Shown here one piece after another: positions 58,214-63,881 of a stretch of 63,881 bases of DNA. Numbering within the stretch: the stretch's first letter is position 1; each line of letters begins with the position of its first letter. Where the stretch lies: contig CAOJNP010000003.1 in the NCBI GenBank assembly GCA_948439995.1, positions 1-63,881 on the forward strand, written 5' to 3'. This DNA comes from an uncultured Erysipelotrichaceae bacterium (GTDB lineage: Bacteria > Bacillota_I > Bacilli_A > RF39 > UBA660). The notes under the pieces were generated by a model. The model was not told the DNA's origin. It saw only the letters and a list, made by a program, of their open reading frames with translations, and ran no database searches. The position numbers and the translations under genes were made by a program.

Positions 58214-58291
58214 TTTTGTCTTTGACAAAATATTTAACCCCCTAGGAATTTTGTCATACTAACAAAATACGGGGGCTAAGGCTTGCCTTAG
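58214..58291 (-). promoter_or_regulatory. Candidate oriT (cluster of inverted repeats upstream of the relaxase gene)
   Basis: ttttgtc-ttt-gacaaaa (58214-58230), ccccc...attttgt-catacta-acaaaat...ggggg (58238-58275) and ctaaggc-tt-gccttag (58276-58291). Confidence 0.4.
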
Positions 58292-58333
58292 AATCCGAAA
58301 ATTAACTATCGTTAATTTTATAAGTAGAAGAAA

Positions 58334-60301
<1,968 letters not shown>

Positions 60302-60310
60302 TTATTTTAA

Positions 60311-60362
60311 ATTCAAAAAAGAGAAGTAAAGGTACTACTCAAAATAATACTTTCACTTCTCT
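60311..60362 (-). terminator. Intrinsic terminator between the small ORF and the recombinase gene
   Basis: 15-bp imperfect stem agagaagtaaaggta / tactttcacttctct followed, on the minus strand, by TTTTTTGAATTT. Conserved at 45168..45215 in the decayed copy. Confidence 0.6.
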
Positions 60363-60456
60363 AAACTACATTGTAAGACCCTTGGTAACTAGGTTACCAT
60401 CTATGTTAATTATACAACTTTTGCCTTAAAATGTCCATCACCTGAGAAGCTTGGTA

Positions 60457-60732
60457 TTACTTGATATTGTTAAGATAATTTTCTAATTCTGTTAATTTTA
60501 TCTTGTTTGATAAATTCTTAATATAAATATCATTAGAAAAATTAAATGCAAGAAATGTTATGTCTTTTATGATAATTCTATGAGGTTCTACATATTGCAA
60601 ATTAGATTTATCAATTTTACGAATACTACCATTAATAAAAGTAGGAGTAGTCTTACAAAAATTACAAATAAATTCTAACCTTTGTTTTAAACCTTTTTCC
60701 ATTTCAATTTCTTGCTTAATAATATTAATCAT
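60457..60732 (-). CDS. Small conserved element protein upstream of the serine recombinase
   Basis: Best RBS (ggaagga) precedes the MINIIKQEIEMEKG... start. The paralog at 45298..45543 starts at the equivalent of the inner Met (60702). No motif recognised. Confidence 0.6.
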   Translation of the reverse strand: MINIIKQEIEMEKGLKQRLEFICNFCKTTPTFINGSIRKIDKSNLQYVEPHRIIIKDITFLAFNFSNDIYIKNLSNKIKLTELENYLNNIK

Positions 60733-60925
60733 AAACACCATCCTTCCTTTAGGATGATTTCTTTGTAACAACAAAAAAACCAATCTTTCGATTGATTTCT
60801 ATATATCAATGTCCGAAAAGTTCGAACAGATTCGTCAATGGAGCGAATCACATACAAGTTACGAACTTTGTTCTCTTTCTAAAAAGATTATATATGAATT
60901 GATATTAAATTTCAATGGGAGTATA
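60732..60925 (-). promoter_or_regulatory. Conserved promoter plus ~150-nt structured leader with terminator/antiterminator-like alternative hairpins
   Basis: Minus strand: TTGAAA (60910-60915), 17 nt, TATAAT (60887-60892). P1 aaagttcg/cgaacttt (60862-69 / 60817-24). P2 gattcg/cgaatc (60844-49 / 60829-34). P3 attgat/atcaat (60805-10 / 60791-96) overlaps the terminator caatc-gaaa-gattg plus U-run (60773-60794). Confidence 0.6.
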
Positions 60926-61013
60926 GAAAAAAAATGTGATTTATGTTAAAATATTTTAATTAGAAAACATTATCAGTTTTTTAATGTATGCAATAAAAGG
61001 AAGAAGGTAAATT

Positions 61014-61610
61014 ATGAATAAATTAAGTGAATATAAAGAACATGAAATTAAAGTCTTAGAAGTTGATATTAATACTCTAGTTAAAAAACTTGAAGAAATA
61101 GGAGCAAAAAAAGTTTATGATGATGTTAGAACCATTATTGCACTAGATACAGAAGATAAAAATTTTTTAAATCAAAAAGATAAATTAATAAGAGTTACAG
61201 ATGAAGGAAGTATAAAAGTTACAATGCATGTTCATCAAAGTCAACCAGACATAAAAGCAGGAATTAAATTCAAAACAAGTAGGTTAAAGGAAACAATGGA
61301 CTTCTTTCATGAAATGGGATTAGATCCAATAAGTAAAGTGAGAGTACCAAGAATTTCTTTTGAATTAGGTAAAATTGATTTTGATATTGATTGTTTTCCT
61401 GCAATTCCACCTTTTTTAGAAATTGATATAGAGAACATTGACCAAGAAGGTTATACTGTAGAATCATTATTAAAAACGTTAGGTCTTGAAAATAATAAAG
61501 TAGTTGTAATGGGAACAGAAGATATACATAGAATTTATGGTATTGATTATTTTGAAGTCTACAATGCAGATTGTTTTGATAAAGAAAATACAAATATTAA
61601 AAAAGTATAA
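61014..61610 (+). CDS. CYTH-domain protein (class IV adenylate cyclase / triphosphate tunnel metalloenzyme family)
   Basis: 198 aa with the N-terminal EHEIK (ExExK) signature and beta-rich alternating charged pattern. aaggaag RBS. Confidence 0.7.
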   Translation: MNKLSEYKEHEIKVLEVDINTLVKKLEEIGAKKVYDDVRTIIALDTEDKNFLNQKDKLIRVTDEGSIKVTMHVHQSQPDIKAGIKFKTSRLKETMDFFHEMGLDPISKVRVPRISFELGKIDFDIDCFPAIPPFLEIDIENIDQEGYTVESLLKTLGLENNKVVVMGTEDIHRIYGIDYFEVYNADCFDKENTNIKKV

Positions 61611-61630
61611 ATGTCATAATAATTATTGAA

Positions 61631-61764
61631 GGGTATGGGATATCCCATAAATTGAAAACGTGCGGGAGTAGGTTTTCAGTGCTGGCTAGGACATAATAAT
61701 CCATTTGTCCTCACACATTTTTAAAGTTAAATTATAAAGGACTGCTTGTTTTACAGTCCTATTT
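61631..61764. repeat. Cargo-slot right-flank repeat (intact copy)
   Basis: tatgggatatcccata palindrome, a conserved gttttcagtgctggctaggacataa segment and a ggactg...cagtcc hairpin that serves as a bidirectional terminator after tnpV and the CYTH gene. Confidence 0.8.
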
Positions 61765-62073
61765 TCATACATAAATTAGTTCCTTTAAGATAATTTCTTC
61801 AGCAATGTTTTTGTAATTATTCATTAGTTTTACCCATTCAATTTGGTTATCCATTTTGCTTTTTTCAGACAGTAATTTATCAGACTTTTGGTATTGGTCA
61901 ATTAAATAATCTAGTCTATTTTCTGCTTCAATACTGACTGAAACAAGATGATTTGTTAGTTCATTTGTCATTAAAAGTGTTGTATATATTGGTTTATTAT
62001 TCTTTTTTAGATAGTTAAGTCTTAAATAACCATACTTGTTAATTTTTTCATTATTTTGTTTTTCAATAGTCAA
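61765..62073 (-). CDS. tnpV: TnpV-like transposon protein
   Basis: 102 aa. YGYLRLNYLKKNNKPIYTTLLMTNELTNHL...NQIEWVKLMNNYKNIAEEIILKELIYV matches my recollection of the Tn4451 TnpV family pattern. Confidence 0.6.
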   Translation of the reverse strand: MTIEKQNNEKINKYGYLRLNYLKKNNKPIYTTLLMTNELTNHLVSVSIEAENRLDYLIDQYQKSDKLLSEKSKMDNQIEWVKLMNNYKNIAEEIILKELIYV

Positions 62074-62121
62074 GTTTGGTAATAAATAATCACCAACGTT
62101 TATATAAATTAGTTCAATTTT

Positions 62122-62364
62122 TTATCTCTCCATTTCTTTATTTTTAATATTTTTCTCATAAAAATCTACCGATTTCGTTTTGCTATTGTATTTAAAATAA
62201 CCTTGTTCATTATTTTTATCTACAACTTTAATAGTAAATCTATCAATTAAAAATAAATCAAACTTGCCAATAGATAATTGCTTTTTTAGATAATCAAGAA
62301 CTTTAAATTGTTCTATAGTATCTACTTGATTCTTTAAAATATTTTCTTTTGTTAATTGTTTCAT
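62122..62364 (-). CDS. Hypothetical small protein
   Basis: 80-aa ORF between the second recombinase and tnpV, with a ggag RBS. Confidence 0.45.
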   Translation of the reverse strand: MKQLTKENILKNQVDTIEQFKVLDYLKKQLSIGKFDLFLIDRFTIKVVDKNNEQGYFKYNSKTKSVDFYEKNIKNKEMER

Positions 62365-62382
62365 TACTAACTCCTTTCACTT

Positions 62383-63881
62383 TTAGTTTGCTTTGACTAC
62401 TTCTTTTTTGGGTACTAATAATAGAAAATCTTTAGAAACATTTCCCTCAAAATAAGGACAACCGATTATACCATCTACATAGAAGTGACTATGTGCTTTA
62501 GCAAAAAAATCATCTACAAGTCCAGTCGGATATTCATTTCTTTTCATTTTTAAAATTGATAAAACATCATAATCTGCTTTCTTGATTTCTAGTTCTTCTT
62601 TTGTTATTTGATTTAGATATTTGATTCCAACATTATCATTTTTTAAAACAATATATAAGTACTTTATAAACTCATTGCTGCTTTTGGTGATAAATTCATC
62701 TGTAAATTTTATATATTTAATTTCAATATTGTAGTTATCATCTCTTGTGATTTCTATCCCAGATATAAGTCTATGAATCATATCTCGTTTGGCTTCTCTT
62801 GATAGTAAATTGTAGAAAAAAGTGAAGTTCATCATCTTAGCATTCTTGAATACTAATTTGTCATCTTCTTTTTTACAATCTAATTTTTTTAATAGTTCTG
62901 TTGTATATTCTTTTGATTCATTATCTGGATCAAGAGTCATTTTCTTTTTATTTAATTTCTCAATTTCTTTTTTGATAACATCATTTTTGTGGTTAATCGT
63001 CTCAACATTTAATGTCGAACTTAAATATAAATCTATCAATCTTTTTTCTTGTACTTTTAACTTTTCAATCGCTTTTTCTATCTCTTTTACATCATTACTT
63101 TTTGTAGAATTACAAGTAATAATTTCGTTATTTGTTCCCATCATAAAGATAGTTAATTCTTCTAAAACACGCCTTAATTTAACTTCTATTTTCTCGGTAT
63201 TATAATGAAGTCCATAGCCACTACAATTATGATTTTTACATCTTAAATGGTAATAAATTTTTTGTTTTCCATTTGGATATTTAAAAGATTCAGAGGAAGC
63301 CATAATACTACCACATATCGGACATTTTACTAATCCTGAAAATAAATGAATAAACTCTCCATAGTTTGAATGCTTATTTTTTACTAATACATTTCTAGTA
63401 GCATTCCAAGTTGTTTCATCAATAATTGGCTCACAATAGTCTTTTACTCTTAAAATATCTTGTTGCTTTCGCTTATACTTTCCATATTCAAATACACCAA
63501 TATAAATAGAATTAGTAAGTATTTTATAAACTCTATCACTTCGCCATTTACCAGTCTTTAAATAAGCATTGTTATCTTGCATAATTATAGCAATGCCTCT
63601 AGTAGAATGTCCTTTTTGGCAAAGTTTAAATATTTCTTTAACAACTTGGGCTTCAATTGGCTCTATTTCTAAATGTCCTGTATCTTTATTTCTAATATAG
63701 CCATAAGGTGCTTTACTAGGGTGAACATGCTCTAAAGCCATTTCTTCCATAGCTCTTTTTGTTCTTGCTCCAATTTCTTTTCTTTCTCTTTGACCGAACA
63801 CTAGATTCATACCAAATATCATTTCCCCATTAGCAGTAGATACATCATAAGGCTCGAGTATTAACTCAATTTTAACATCGT
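62383..63881 (-). CDS. Second large serine recombinase (5' end beyond the window)
   Basis: The frame is open to the window edge. It has a recombinase domain (YGYIRNKDTGHLEIEPIEAQVVKEIF), a zinc ribbon (CPICGS...HLRCKNHNC) and a coiled coil. The catalytic N-terminus is not in the window. Confidence 0.85.
   Translation of the reverse strand, partial: DVKIELILEPYDVSTANGEMIFGMNLVFGQRERKEIGARTKRAMEEMALEHVHPSKAPYGYIRNKDTGHLEIEPIEAQVVKEIFKLCQKGHSTRGIAIIMQDNNAYLKTGKWRSDRVYKILTNSIYIGVFEYGKYKRKQQDILRVKDYCEPIIDETTWNATRNVLVKNKHSNYGEFIHLFSGLVKCPICGSIMASSESFKYPNGKQKIYYHLRCKNHNCSGYGLHYNTEKIEVKLRRVLEELTIFMMGTNNEIITCNSTKSNDVKEIEKAIEKLKVQEKRLIDLYLSSTLNVETINHKNDVIKKEIEKLNKKKMTLDPDNESKEYTTELLKKLDCKKEDDKLVFKNAKMMNFTFFYNLLSREAKRDMIHRLISGIEITRDDNYNIEIKYIKFTDEFITKSSNEFIKYLYIVLKNDNVGIKYLNQITKEELEIKKADYDVLSILKMKRNEYPTGLVDDFFAKAHSHFYVDGIIGCPYFEGNVSKDFLLLVPKKEVVKAN

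Overview
This is a 63.9-kb, very AT-rich (roughly 26-28% GC by eye) bacterial chromosome segment. It uses the standard genetic code: TGA acts as a stop and TGG codes Trp. Gene content (AddAB, a CIRCE operator in front of htpG, PduL, a YtaF/MntP-like protein, PadR/MarR/XRE regulators, a Tn4451-type TnpV) points to a low-GC Gram-positive host of the Clostridia/Erysipelotrichia type. I cannot name the species. There are about 70 genes, mostly on the minus strand, and three tRNAs (His-GUG, Asn-GUU, Gly-GCC). Four accessory regions interrupt the core genes. (1) At the extreme left edge (1-531) sit two start-less tandem cassettes with identical flanks and a hypervariable core. (2) A ~5-kb tyrosine-integrase island lies at tRNA-His (14.4-19.5 kb). 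Each of its two cargo genes sits in a duplicated, structured, direct-repeat-bounded module, and the island ends in a remnant of a second integrase. (3) A decayed serine-recombinase element lies between htpG and tRNA-Gly (42.7-47.6 kb). (4) An apparently intact relative of that element runs from about 53.2 kb past the right edge. It carries two large serine recombinases, TnpV, a MobV relaxase, a HaeIII-like R-M pair plus two unknown co-oriented genes, a conserved structured leader, and an exchangeable cargo slot (a CYTH protein here, an MFS-like permease in the decayed copy). I saw no CRISPR array, rRNA or prophage structural genes. The best candidates for something undescribed are the hypervariable cassettes, the tRNA-His island cassette modules, the tandem-DUF262 gene joined to the addBA operon, and the unknown genes riding with the R-M system.
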